Source: an uncultured Candidatus Saccharibacteria bacterium (lineage in GTDB: Bacteria > Patescibacteriota > Saccharimonadia > Saccharimonadales > Saccharimonadaceae). Taken from it: a DNA stretch of 64,000 bases. The notes under the pieces were generated by a model. The model did no database searches and was not told the origin of the DNA. It saw only the letters and a list, made by a program, of their open reading frames with translations. Positions 52,676-62,287 of the stretch are shown here, in pieces. The position numbers and the translations under genes are program-made. The DNA is taken from positions 2,400 through 66,399 of the forward strand of contig CAZNEX010000003.1 in NCBI GenBank assembly GCA_964572775.1. The letters are read 5' to 3'. Within the stretch, counting starts at the first letter, position 1. Every line of letters starts with the position of its first letter.

Positions 52676-55156
52676 ATGTCAGACAATTTCGGAGAATTTA
52701 TTGCACGTCTAACTGACAATGCGCGTACCAGCTTGCAGCATGCTGAAGCAATCGCGCGTGGTCAAGGTAGTTCGTACATAGGTACAGAGCATCTTTTGTT
52801 GGGCGTTTTGGCACAAGGTTCATCGGTCGGAGCAAAGCTTTTGGCCGATGCTGGCGTTACTCTGCAAAGAGCTGAGATGGCACTTAATTTATCGCCGCGG
52901 ACATTAGTAATTGATGTTAGCGCCAAAGGCTTATCTGAGACTGCTATGCTGACACTCAAAATGGCTTATGAACATGCCCGGCAGCTCCACCAAGATTACT
53001 TGGGTACCGAGCACATTCTGTATAGTATTTTGCGCCAAAAAGGTTCGCGAGGCTCGGTTTTGTTACGAGATATGAAAACCGATGTCGAGCAATTGGTCGA
53101 AGAATTAGAGCAGTATTTCGATCGGCAACAGAGTGATTTTGAAGATGTGGCCACCGAGAATGATCAAGATAAGAGCCCACGAAAAAATCGATCGGGCTTG
53201 TTGAGTGTTTATGGTACTGACATGACCGATGCTGCAAAAGGCGGCAAACTCGATGCTGTGATTGGACGTGATAACGAAACTGAGCGATTGATAACAATCT
53301 TGAGTCGTAGAACCAAAAATAACCCAGTCTTGATTGGTGAGCCGGGTGTCGGTAAGACGGCGATTGTCGAAGGTTTGGCGCAGCGAATTAGTCGCGATGA
53401 CGTACCCGACCATCTGCTTGACAAACACGTAGTGCAGCTCGACATGGCAGCAATGGTGGCGGGCACGAAGTATCGAGGTGAGTTTGAAGAACGCCTAAAG
53501 AAAGTTATGCATGAAGTTGCTTCGAGAGATGATCTGATTATTTTTATTGACGAACTACATTTATTGGTTGGTGCCGGCGCGGCAGAAGGCAGCATGGACG
53601 CGGCTAATATTTTGAAGCCGGCCCTGGCGCGCGGTAGCTTACATTTGATCGGTGCTACTACTCTCGATGAGTATCGCAAACACATCGAGCCCGACACGGC
53701 GCTTGAGAGACGATTTCAGGCCATCGTTGTCAAGGAGCCGTCATCGAGCGATACGATCAGTATCTTAAAAGGGTTAAAAAGCTACTATGAATCGCATCAT
53801 TCGGTCAAAATAAGTGATGAGATTATCGAAAAAAGCGTATTTGTGGCCGACCGCTACATTACCGATCGTTTCCGACCAGATAAAGCAATCGATGTTATCG
53901 ATGAAGCAGCGGCCTTAGCTAGAGTTCGCTCCAAAGCTCGTCCGAGCAAGCTACGCGATTATTTGCGTGAGGTCAAGCAGTTAGAAGAGAAAATTGAAGA
54001 CTCAGTAGCAGGACAAGACTACGAAAAAGCAGCCTTGTATAAGACGCGTTTAGTCCAAATCAAGCAAAAAACAGATCAATTACAAAGCGCCGACGATCGT
54101 ACAGACGCACTTGTGATCGATGAAAGTCACATTGCTAGAGCTGTGGCGACAATGACGGGCATACCTGTCGAAAAAGTTGAGCAATCAGAACAGAAATTGC
54201 TTAAAAATCTAGAGCGTGAACTCGAAAAATTTGTGGTTGGGCAAAAAGAAGCTATCAGTACTGTATCAAAAGCAATTCGGCGCGGGCGAAGCGGCATCGG
54301 CAACAATCGGCGTCCAATCGGCAGTTTTATCTTTATGGGTCCAACCGGTGTTGGTAAGACGGAGTTAGCTCGTGTGGTGGCTCGTGAGGTTTTTGGTAGC
54401 GACGATGCTTTAGTCAAAATCGATATGAGTGAGTTTGCCGAAAAGCACACGACTTCGCGTCTGGTTGGCGCGCCTGCTGGTTATGTTGGCTACGACGATG
54501 GCGGCAAATTGACAGATACAATTCGTAGAAAACCTTATAGCGTAGTTTTATTTGACGAAATCGAAAAAGCTCATCCTGATGTTTTCCAAATGCTATTGCA
54601 ATTGCTCGAAGATGGTAGGTTGACCGACGCCAAAGGTCGTGCTGTCGATTTTCGGCATACTATTATTATTCTAACCAGTAATTTAGGTTCCGATGCAATG
54701 ATGAAAGAATCTCGTCTGGGCTTTTATGCGCGCTCAGGTCGCGACAAGGCTCAGGATGACGCTCATGCTGATGCTCAAAAAGCGGCCAAGCAAGCTCTCG
54801 ATAAGTTTATGCGTCCTGAGCTGCTCAATCGCTTCGACGCCATCGTCACTTTCCGCGCCTTGACGACCAAAGAAATGCGTAAAATCCTTGATAATCAAAT
54901 CGATGATCTTCGGAGTCGTTTAGTCTCGAAAAGTCTGGCCTTGCAAATTAGCAGTAAAGCCAAAAATCTCTTAATCAAAAAAGGCTTTGATAGTAAAAAT
55001 GGCGCGCGACCACTTCGACGCGTTATAGAAGACGTTGTTGAACATCCAATTGCTGAAATAGTGCTTGCCGATCGTTACAGCCCAGGTGATATCGTACTAG
55101 TCGATGCTAAAAATGGCGAGATCACGATCGAGGTGACAAGTGAATCTAGTCAGTAA
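52676..55156 (+). CDS. clpC: ATP-dependent Clp protease ATP-binding subunit ClpC
   Basis: Double Clp_N repeat, two AAA+ modules ([18 protein letters not shown]), a UVR-like linker (DYEKAALYK) and an LGF ClpP-docking loop. AAAGGAGGA Shine-Dalgarno. Confidence 0.93.
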   Translation: MSDNFGEFIARLTDNARTSLQHAEAIARGQGSSYIGTEHLLLGVLAQGSSVGAKLLADAGVTLQRAEMALNLSPRTLVIDVSAKGLSETAMLTLKMAYEHARQLHQDYLGTEHILYSILRQKGSRGSVLLRDMKTDVEQLVEELEQYFDRQQSDFEDVATENDQDKSPRKNRSGLLSVYGTDMTDAAKGGKLDAVIGRDNETERLITILSRRTKNNPVLIGEPGVGKTAIVEGLAQRISRDDVPDHLLDKHVVQLDMAAMVAGTKYRGEFEERLKKVMHEVASRDDLIIFIDELHLLVGAGAAEGSMDAANILKPALARGSLHLIGATTLDEYRKHIEPDTALERRFQAIVVKEPSSSDTISILKGLKSYYESHHSVKISDEIIEKSVFVADRYITDRFRPDKAIDVIDEAAALARVRSKARPSKLRDYLREVKQLEEKIEDSVAGQDYEKAALYKTRLVQIKQKTDQLQSADDRTDALVIDESHIARAVATMTGIPVEKVEQSEQKLLKNLERELEKFVVGQKEAISTVSKAIRRGRSGIGNNRRPIGSFIFMGPTGVGKTELARVVAREVFGSDDALVKIDMSEFAEKHTTSRLVGAPAGYVGYDDGGKLTDTIRRKPYSVVLFDEIEKAHPDVFQMLLQLLEDGRLTDAKGRAVDFRHTIIILTSNLGSDAMMKESRLGFYARSGRDKAQDDAHADAQKAAKQALDKFMRPELLNRFDAIVTFRALTTKEMRKILDNQIDDLRSRLVSKSLALQISSKAKNLLIKKGFDSKNGARPLRRVIEDVVEHPIAEIVLADRYSPGDIVLVDAKNGEITIEVTSESSQ

Positions 55157-56183
55157 AGCGCCGAAATTTTTCGGTAGGCTTGGCTGGATAAGCATGCTCA
55201 TATTGGTTACGGTTTTGTATTTATATCGTTCGCCGCTAATCGATAAGCTGCAAACAACAGGCTATCAGCCGACTGCTGAGCTAGCAAAGATCTCGACGGG
55301 TACCACAATGACGCCAGCAGCTAAAACAATTTTTTATGCCTCTGATCCAACGATTGAAGACGCTAAGTCGTTTAATCAAGATTGTAGCGACCATGAAAGC
55401 GACAGCGTCACGCTGGGGTGCTATCGTCATACCGATAATTGCAATCAGGTGCTAAATGCTTTATCGCAAGCAGCGTGCATGAAGATCAAGCTTTTTTCGA
55501 TTAATCGCGCAGAACTTGATGGCATTGTTGACGTTACGGCGGCGCACGAAATGCTGCATGCGGCCTATGCCCGACTATCGGAGCATGAACGCACAAAATT
55601 GAATGATCAACTGCAAAAGCAAACCGCAGAGCTAATCAAAGATCAGGCATTTAAAGAGCGTTTAAGTGTCTATGATAATTTATCGCATGACCAGTATGTC
55701 AATGAGCTGCACTCAGTCCTTGGAACTGAAGTTGACAATCTAAGCATCGATCTAAAAAATCACTACAGGCAGTATTTTCAAGACCGCAGTCAAGTAGTGA
55801 AACTTTATCAAAAATATTCAAATGTTTTTTTGAATCTCAAAAAAGAAGCGGATCAGCTGGCCGACTCGCTGAAACAGCAAGCCGATGACATCAATCGGCG
55901 GATTGCTGCTCATAATCAGTTATCAAGACAGCTAAGTAGCGATATAAATTCGTTTAATCAACTGGCGAGTTCACCAGGTGGTTTTTCTTCACAAGCATCA
56001 TTTTTAAGCGCCAGACAGCAAATTATGGCAAGAGTCGAAGCGGCAAAAGCTGAAGAAAGCGCAATTCAACAAGCAATCGTAAGCTTTAACAAAGACAATG
56101 ATAGGCTAAAATCGATTGCAGGTAATCTCGATGGCTTAAATCATAGCATCGACAGCAATCTTACGCCTGTACCTGCTGTATAA
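55140..56183 (+). CDS. membrane-anchored hypothetical protein with an HExxH motif and a coiled-coil C-terminus
   Basis: N-terminal signal anchor (GWISMLILVTVLYLY), a Cys-containing exported domain with AAHEMLHAAY, and a Gln/Leu-rich coiled-coil tail. GTG start overlaps the clpC end by 17 nt. Confidence 0.45.
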   Translation: MNLVSKAPKFFGRLGWISMLILVTVLYLYRSPLIDKLQTTGYQPTAELAKISTGTTMTPAAKTIFYASDPTIEDAKSFNQDCSDHESDSVTLGCYRHTDNCNQVLNALSQAACMKIKLFSINRAELDGIVDVTAAHEMLHAAYARLSEHERTKLNDQLQKQTAELIKDQAFKERLSVYDNLSHDQYVNELHSVLGTEVDNLSIDLKNHYRQYFQDRSQVVKLYQKYSNVFLNLKKEADQLADSLKQQADDINRRIAAHNQLSRQLSSDINSFNQLASSPGGFSSQASFLSARQQIMARVEAAKAEESAIQQAIVSFNKDNDRLKSIAGNLDGLNHSIDSNLTPVPAV

Positions 56184-56190
56184 TATCAAT

Positions 56191-57540
56191 ATGGTAAAAG
56201 CGCGTTCACAATTTGTTTGTCAAACATGCGGTAGTAAATACCCAAAATGGACGGGTCGCTGTGAGAATTGCGGCGAATGGAATAGCCTTGTTGAGCAAGT
56301 CGTCGAGCAAGGATCGTCAGCAGTAACAAAAGCAACTGGCTCAGGCAAAACGCTGGCAGCACGGTCATTCGCGTCGATTAAAATTGATGAACATGGCGAT
56401 CGCCTAGGGAGTGGCATAGACGACCTCGACATTTTACTCGGCGGCGGTATCGTGCCGGGTAGCGTGACGCTGATCGCTGGGCAGCCAGGTATTGGCAAAA
56501 GCACGCTCTTGATGCAACTATCGGGTTATATTGGTTCAAGTGTGCCGGTTTTGTATGTCAGCGGTGAAGAGTCAGCATCACAGGTCAAGCTAAGAGCCGA
56601 AAGACTGCAAGCCGCAAAAACTCAGTATTTAGAGTTTGTAGCCAGCACCAATACGAATGACATCGCAGCTACCATAAGAGCGGGTGGCCACAAACTAACT
56701 ATTGTTGACTCGATCCAAACGCTTTCGCTAGAGGAAATAACTTCAGCGCCTGGCACAGTTAGTCAGATTACAAATTCGGCTAATGTCTTGATACGCGCCG
56801 CCAAAGCAACTGGTGCTGCCGTCATCCTGGTAGGTCATGTCACTAAAGAAGGCTCAATTGCTGGGCCAAAAATTTTGGAGCACTTAGTAGATGTAGTCTT
56901 GCAATTTGAAGGCGATCGCTATGGTGGTTTCAAGATCGTGAGAGCCTTAAAAAATCGTTTTGGCACAACCAATGAAGCCGCGCTTTTTGAAATGAATGAG
57001 CAAGGACTCGTAGTCGTCGAAAATCCGTCTGCTGCTTTACTGGCCGAGCGGCAAATAGCTGATGGATCAGTGGTATTTGCGACCATTGAGGGCAATCGGC
57101 CATTGCTGGTCGAAATTCAGGCACTTGTCCAGACCACAAGCTATGGTTATCCAAAACGGACTGCTAGCGGTTTTGACCTCAATCGACTCAATGTATTAAT
57201 TGCTGTACTAGAAAGACGAACAAAACTAAAACTAAGCGACAAAGATATTTATGTCAACGTGGTAGGCGGTATGAGGCTCGATGATCCGGCGGCTGATCTA
57301 GCGGTTTGCATGGCGATTGCAAGCGCTGCAACCGAACGCAAATTAGGCGATGGTGCAGTCGTGTTTGGCGAAGTCGGACTTGGCGGCGAAGTGCGCCGCG
57401 TTATGGCTGTTGACAAGCGCATAGCAGAGGCCAAAAAGCTCGGCTTTACCTATGCAATATCTCCCGTGGGCGATAATCAAAAATTTACTAAAGGAGTTCG
57501 TGATATGCGTCAGGCATTGATCGATCACTTAAAATCATAA
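56191..57540 (+). CDS. radA: DNA repair protein RadA/Sms
   Basis: C4 zinc finger (CQTCGSKYPKWTGRCENCGEW), Walker A GQPGIGKST, KNRFG motif and a Lon-like C-terminal domain. Confidence 0.95.
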   Translation: MVKARSQFVCQTCGSKYPKWTGRCENCGEWNSLVEQVVEQGSSAVTKATGSGKTLAARSFASIKIDEHGDRLGSGIDDLDILLGGGIVPGSVTLIAGQPGIGKSTLLMQLSGYIGSSVPVLYVSGEESASQVKLRAERLQAAKTQYLEFVASTNTNDIAATIRAGGHKLTIVDSIQTLSLEEITSAPGTVSQITNSANVLIRAAKATGAAVILVGHVTKEGSIAGPKILEHLVDVVLQFEGDRYGGFKIVRALKNRFGTTNEAALFEMNEQGLVVVENPSAALLAERQIADGSVVFATIEGNRPLLVEIQALVQTTSYGYPKRTASGFDLNRLNVLIAVLERRTKLKLSDKDIYVNVVGGMRLDDPAADLAVCMAIASAATERKLGDGAVVFGEVGLGGEVRRVMAVDKRIAEAKKLGFTYAISPVGDNQKFTKGVRDMRQALIDHLKS

Positions 57541-57548
57541 GAGGAAAA

Positions 57549-58418
57549 ATGACTAATTCTGAAATCATACTAACCATAATCTCAACTTCAACCTTGTTGG
57601 TTGTTTTGCAGATATATCTAAAAGTGGCCAATAAATCATTATCAAAAAAGCAAAAAGCCGTATTTGTAGACACGTCTGTACTGATGGACGGTCGGATTTT
57701 ATCGATCGCCAAAGCTGGTTTTTTACCATCAAAACTTGTTATACCGCGCAGTGTTTTGGCCGAGATGCAGTTTTTGGCAGATCAAGGCGATAGTAGCAAA
57801 AGAGAAAGAGCGCGCTCTGGACTAGACGTTGTCCATGAACTAAAAGCCGTTAGTAAAGTGTCGGTTGAAATACTAAATGACAGTGTACGACCACAAAATG
57901 GCGTTGATGAGCGACTACTCGAGCTAGTACGTAAATACAGCGGCTTTTTATGTACGATCGACTATAATTTAATCAAAGTCGCTCAAGCAGAATCAATCGA
58001 AATTTTAAATATCAATGAGTTGGCGCAACAACTGCGGATGGTGCATTTGCCTGGCGAAAAAGTTGATATCGAATTGACCAGTCGCGGTAGCAATAGCCAG
58101 CAAGCAGTCGGCCATCTAGATGATGGTACGATGGTGGTAGTTGAGCATGCCCAGTCGCGCCTAGGTTCTAGGGTGCAGGTAGAAATTATCCGCAGTATTC
58201 AAACTGCAGCTGGCAAGATGATGTTTGCACGTTTGATCGATAGCAAAACCGACAGTAAACTAGATACTGCCAAACAAGGTACAAAAAAGCAGCAAGTAAA
58301 AGACCATAACCGTAGTCGTAAGCCACTTCAAAAGCCTGCAAAAAAGTCACCGCAAGTATCAGGCAAGCGTCAGACTTCTGAAGATCGTTTGATTAACTTA
58401 GTCAAGTCGCAAGAATAA
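57549..58418 (+). CDS. PIN/TRAM-domain protein (YacL-like)
   Basis: N-terminal TM helix, PIN domain (VFVDTSVLMDGRI...DERLLEL) and TRAM domain (GEKVDIELTSRG...VQVEIIRSIQTAAGKMMFARL), with a Lys-rich tail. Its position after radA matches Bacillus. Confidence 0.8.
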   Translation: MTNSEIILTIISTSTLLVVLQIYLKVANKSLSKKQKAVFVDTSVLMDGRILSIAKAGFLPSKLVIPRSVLAEMQFLADQGDSSKRERARSGLDVVHELKAVSKVSVEILNDSVRPQNGVDERLLELVRKYSGFLCTIDYNLIKVAQAESIEILNINELAQQLRMVHLPGEKVDIELTSRGSNSQQAVGHLDDGTMVVVEHAQSRLGSRVQVEIIRSIQTAAGKMMFARLIDSKTDSKLDTAKQGTKKQQVKDHNRSRKPLQKPAKKSPQVSGKRQTSEDRLINLVKSQE

Positions 58419-58422
58419 TTTA

Positions 58423-61053
58423 CTAGTTTTTCGTCCAGCTATCGCTGCTGCTTGCGCTGTAGTAGCCTTGGTCCGTCGCTGAGGCGCTGACTTCGACTGA
58501 TTTTGCATTGCCAAGGTTAGTATCGATGGTGGTTGAGCCATTGCCGCCACTAACGCCGATATTGCGTGTCTGGCCATTGATTGATATGTCGAGAGAAGAT
58601 ACAGGGAAGGTACCAGACTTATAGGAAACAGTTGCGCGCTTGCCGTTGTCAGCGATTTTTACTGTCACAGTTGGTTTTTGATCATTACAGGAATGCTTGT
58701 CGTCATCTGCGTTAGGATCATAGCCATCGAGAGCATTGTAAACTTTTTTCTTAGTGACTGGGTCGACCATTGCTACCACTTCAACTTCGATACGAGCAGC
58801 ATCGGGAGTACAGTTGGTGGCTTTTTTCTTAGATACACGATCAAAAACAATTTTTTCTGATGATCGACCTTGAGATTTATTGTAGTAGCTCGGATAAATT
58901 TCTCCGCCAATTCTCTGGATACCATTTGGCTGATTAAACCAGTCGCCTGACTTCCATTTTCCTTCAGCTGCATAAATATCATTGTGTACAAAAGACATTA
59001 CATCACCGATCACAGGCGCTGCCATGGCTGAGTTTTGCGATGCAATAACCGAATTATCACTGTTGCCAAGCCAAGTTGTCATAGCAACAGCCGGACTATA
59101 GCTAGCGATCCAGAGATCTTTTGGATGACCATTTTTGTCGGTTGTGCCAGTTTTGGTCGATGTTTTGATACCAGGTATGTTTACTCCATAGGGGTTTCCA
59201 TGTAGGCTAGCTCTGGCGTTTGAGTCGGCCAAAATATCACTAACAATGTAAGCGGCTTGCGGGTCGAGCACCTGCTTGCTGTCTTCCTTGAACTTCTTGA
59301 GTACTTCACCTTGACTATTTTTGACCTCTAAAACGGTGCTGTATGGTCGGTAAGTCCCCATGCGCGCTAGCGTTGCAAAGGCATTGGTGTGTTCAACTTG
59401 TCGAACACCACAACCACCAATTGCTGCCGATAAACCAAATGCTTCTTCCTGCGTGCAGTAACTTGTATCACCAGTATCTCTTATGAGCGACATGGTTTTA
59501 TCGATACCGCTAACATACATGGCCTTTACAGCAGGAATGTTGCGAGACAAAGCCAGCGATTTACGAACTGTAATACCGCCCATAAAACGACCGTCCCAGT
59601 TTGCTAATTTGGCTCCGTAAATGCCGTTCATAGTGTTGTCGTCGGCTAGTACTGAGCCGCTGCCATAGTTTTGGACGCCCGCACCATGATCTGAAAATAA
59701 CTCAGCATAAACCAACGGCTTTATCGATGAACCTGGTTGAATAAATGAAGTGGCAGCATTGTCTTGGCCGAATCCTTGAGCATTGAAATCTCGACTTCCA
59801 AGCAAGGCTAAGATTTGTCCAGTCTGCACATCTTCAACTACTGATGAAGAGTTGGAGATGCCACCCCAGCCAGGCGTGCCTGAGTCGAACAGTTTTTTAG
59901 TCGATTCTTCAAGCTTTTGTTGGACGCGAATATCGAGGCTAGTTTTGATGCTAAGACCACCACGTCCAACAACTGCACTTGTCAATTCTTTGTTGAGCTG
60001 ATCGCGTACCATTAGCACAAAGTGCGGTGCTTTGATATCGGTCAGTTGGTCGGCGAGCGGCTGAATCGTATCGATAATCGGTTCTTTTTTGGCATTATCT
60101 GCTTCAGCCTGCGTGATGTATTTTTCGGCCACCATATTATCTAGCACCTTGTGTTGGCGCGAGACAAGGGCCGAGTGGCCTTCGATATTGTACGGGTTGT
60201 AGAGTGATGGCTGGTTTGGAATACCAGCTATAAGAGCTGCTTCGGCCAAGGTCAAATCTTTGGCTGATTTTTTGAAGTAGGTCTGTGCTGCTGATTCGAC
60301 ACCGTTACGACGTCCTCCGTAGGAAGATTCATTGAGATAAAGATTTAAAATTTGGTCTTTTGTGTACAGTCGTTCAATTTCGGTTGCAAGAATAATCTCT
60401 TTAATTTTACGCGGAATACCGTCGAAACCGCGTTTATGAGCATCTTCAGACAAGAAAACCTGTTTGACGAGCTGCTGAGTTAGTGTCGATCCACCCTGGA
60501 CCGATCCACCCTGGGCATTATTGAAGAACGAGCGCATGATTCCAGTGAGACTGACACCGTCGTGCTTGTAGAAATCTTTATCTTCGATAGCGATAGTAGC
60601 TTTTTTCATGTAATCACTTATATGATTGAAATCAACCGCCAGTCGGTAATCGCCCTCGCCCTTATCTTCCCAAAGCTTGACACCGTTGCGGTCATAGTAA
60701 GTAGTGACTGTCGTTTGAACATGTTCTGCGATTTTACCTGGACGGATTGCTTCTAAGTCTTTTCTAAAGTAGGCAAATACGCCTCCGACCAACAGAGCAA
60801 GCAAAAGAACCATGACGCCAGTAATTTTAAGTGCCATCAACACGCCGCGGCGACTAAACCAATAAGCAAAAACTCGCTTTGGGTGCAAACGATACAAGAA
60901 TCTTTTGACAGGATGTTTAGGTAGAGTCGCTAGATATTCAGCATGGCGACGGTTACGGACATCTTTTTTGGTGCGACGTTTGGTCGATAGATTAGAATAA
61001 ACCTTCATCGCGCGCGGACGTTTTGACGATTGCTTCGCTTTTTTCACACTCAC
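58423..61053 (-). CDS. class A penicillin-binding protein (glycosyltransferase + transpeptidase)
   Basis: GT51 motifs (EDKDFYKHDG, GGSTLTQQLVK, RKIKE) and transpeptidase motifs SSIKP (SxxK), SRN and KTGTT. It has a basic cytoplasmic N-terminus and a C-terminal extension of about 150 aa. The start (GTG 61053 or 61047) is uncertain. Confidence 0.9.
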   Translation of the reverse strand: MSVKKAKQSSKRPRAMKVYSNLSTKRRTKKDVRNRRHAEYLATLPKHPVKRFLYRLHPKRVFAYWFSRRGVLMALKITGVMVLLLALLVGGVFAYFRKDLEAIRPGKIAEHVQTTVTTYYDRNGVKLWEDKGEGDYRLAVDFNHISDYMKKATIAIEDKDFYKHDGVSLTGIMRSFFNNAQGGSVQGGSTLTQQLVKQVFLSEDAHKRGFDGIPRKIKEIILATEIERLYTKDQILNLYLNESSYGGRRNGVESAAQTYFKKSAKDLTLAEAALIAGIPNQPSLYNPYNIEGHSALVSRQHKVLDNMVAEKYITQAEADNAKKEPIIDTIQPLADQLTDIKAPHFVLMVRDQLNKELTSAVVGRGGLSIKTSLDIRVQQKLEESTKKLFDSGTPGWGGISNSSSVVEDVQTGQILALLGSRDFNAQGFGQDNAATSFIQPGSSIKPLVYAELFSDHGAGVQNYGSGSVLADDNTMNGIYGAKLANWDGRFMGGITVRKSLALSRNIPAVKAMYVSGIDKTMSLIRDTGDTSYCTQEEAFGLSAAIGGCGVRQVEHTNAFATLARMGTYRPYSTVLEVKNSQGEVLKKFKEDSKQVLDPQAAYIVSDILADSNARASLHGNPYGVNIPGIKTSTKTGTTDKNGHPKDLWIASYSPAVAMTTWLGNSDNSVIASQNSAMAAPVIGDVMSFVHNDIYAAEGKWKSGDWFNQPNGIQRIGGEIYPSYYNKSQGRSSEKIVFDRVSKKKATNCTPDAARIEVEVVAMVDPVTKKKVYNALDGYDPNADDDKHSCNDQKPTVTVKIADNGKRATVSYKSGTFPVSSLDISINGQTRNIGVSGGNGSTTIDTNLGNAKSVEVSASATDQGYYSASSSDSWTKN

Positions 61054-61134
61054 CCCTACTTAATAAGTCTATTTTCATTAATTATAGCACTCCATGCCCG
61101 ATTCATACCATTTATTCTGCTATAATTTGGAGAT

Positions 61135-62242
61135 ATGAACTCACTATACGATGAATTAGCTTGGCGTGGTTTTTTAAACCAGCATACTTTTAAAGACCCA
61201 AAAGAGATCAATCAGCCACGGACATTTTACTGGGGCGTCGATCCGAGCGCTGATAGTATGACAATCGGTAATCTTGCACCTGCCATGATGATTCGTCATT
61301 TTATCAATCATGGGCATAAAGCGATTTTGCTGGTTGGTGGAGCTACCGGCATGATTGGTGATCCCGATGGTAAAAAACAAGAGCGTGATCTAAAGACTTT
61401 AGACGAAATTGCTAAGAATAAGTCAGCGATAGCGGCCCAATACAAAACTATTTTTTCTGGTCAAGATTTTGAAGTTGTCGATAATTATGATTGGTTCAAG
61501 AACGTTAATTATCTTGATTTTTTGCGTGATGTTGGCAAACATGCACCGATGACTCAAATGCTCGATCGTGAGTTTGTCCAAAATCGGATCGGCGAAGACG
61601 GCGACGGCATTAGCTATGCTGAGTTTAGTTATTCGTTAATTCAAGGTTACGATTTTTTGCATCTTTTTCGCAACGCCGCTGATTATCAACAAGCAAACAG
61701 GTGTCAAATTTGGCAAGAGTGAGGGCGGCGCGATATGGCTCGATCCAAAGAAGACTAGTCCATATAAATTTTACCAATTTTGGCTCAATGTTGATGATGA
61801 GACGGCCGAAGATTTGATCAAAGTTTATACTTTGTTGCCGCAAGCTGAAGTTATGAGTTTGATTGAGCAGCATCGCGAGAAACCGTTCGAAAGATTGCTC
61901 CAGAAAAAGCTAGCCTTAGAAGTAACAACAATTGTTCACGGCCAAGAACGAGCCGATTCGGTAGTGCGTGCAACAAATTTGTTATTTAGTAAAACCGAGT
62001 ATGATGCAATCACTCAAGAAGACGGCGATGTGTTAGCAGATGAAATGCCAGTAGTTAGCGGCAGTCAAGCTTTGATTGATATCTTGACGCAGTCCAATCT
62101 AGCGTCAAGCAACGCCGAAGCAAAACGCCTGATTGAGGCTGGATCGATCTCGGTCAATGGCCAAAAAATGATCACAAATGAGGTTATACAACCAAATAGT
62201 TTGCTGAAAAAAGGCAAGAATAGCTTTGTTTTGATAAGGTAA
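61135..62242 (+). pseudogene. tyrS: tyrosine--tRNA ligase, disrupted by an internal deletion of about 34 codons plus a frameshift
   Basis: Frame 1 encodes residues up to ...EFSYSLIQGYDFLHLF, then stops at 61720-61722. Frame 2, open from 61640, continues FATPLIINKQTGVKFGKSEGGAIWLDPKKTSPYKFYQFWLN through to the S4-like C-terminus. Confidence 0.85.
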
Positions 62243-62287
62243 GTCTGCGGCAAGCATGATATACTAGCAAAATAAGTAAGGAGGGTT

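Noticed and set aside
53209-53697. Antisense ORFs inside clpC (162 aa, 53209-53697), the 32147 membrane-protein gene (32299-32775, 158 aa) and pilB (43767-44150, 127 aa).
   Set aside because: All are embedded opposite strongly supported genes, lack motifs and lack translation signals. They are typical shadow ORFs.
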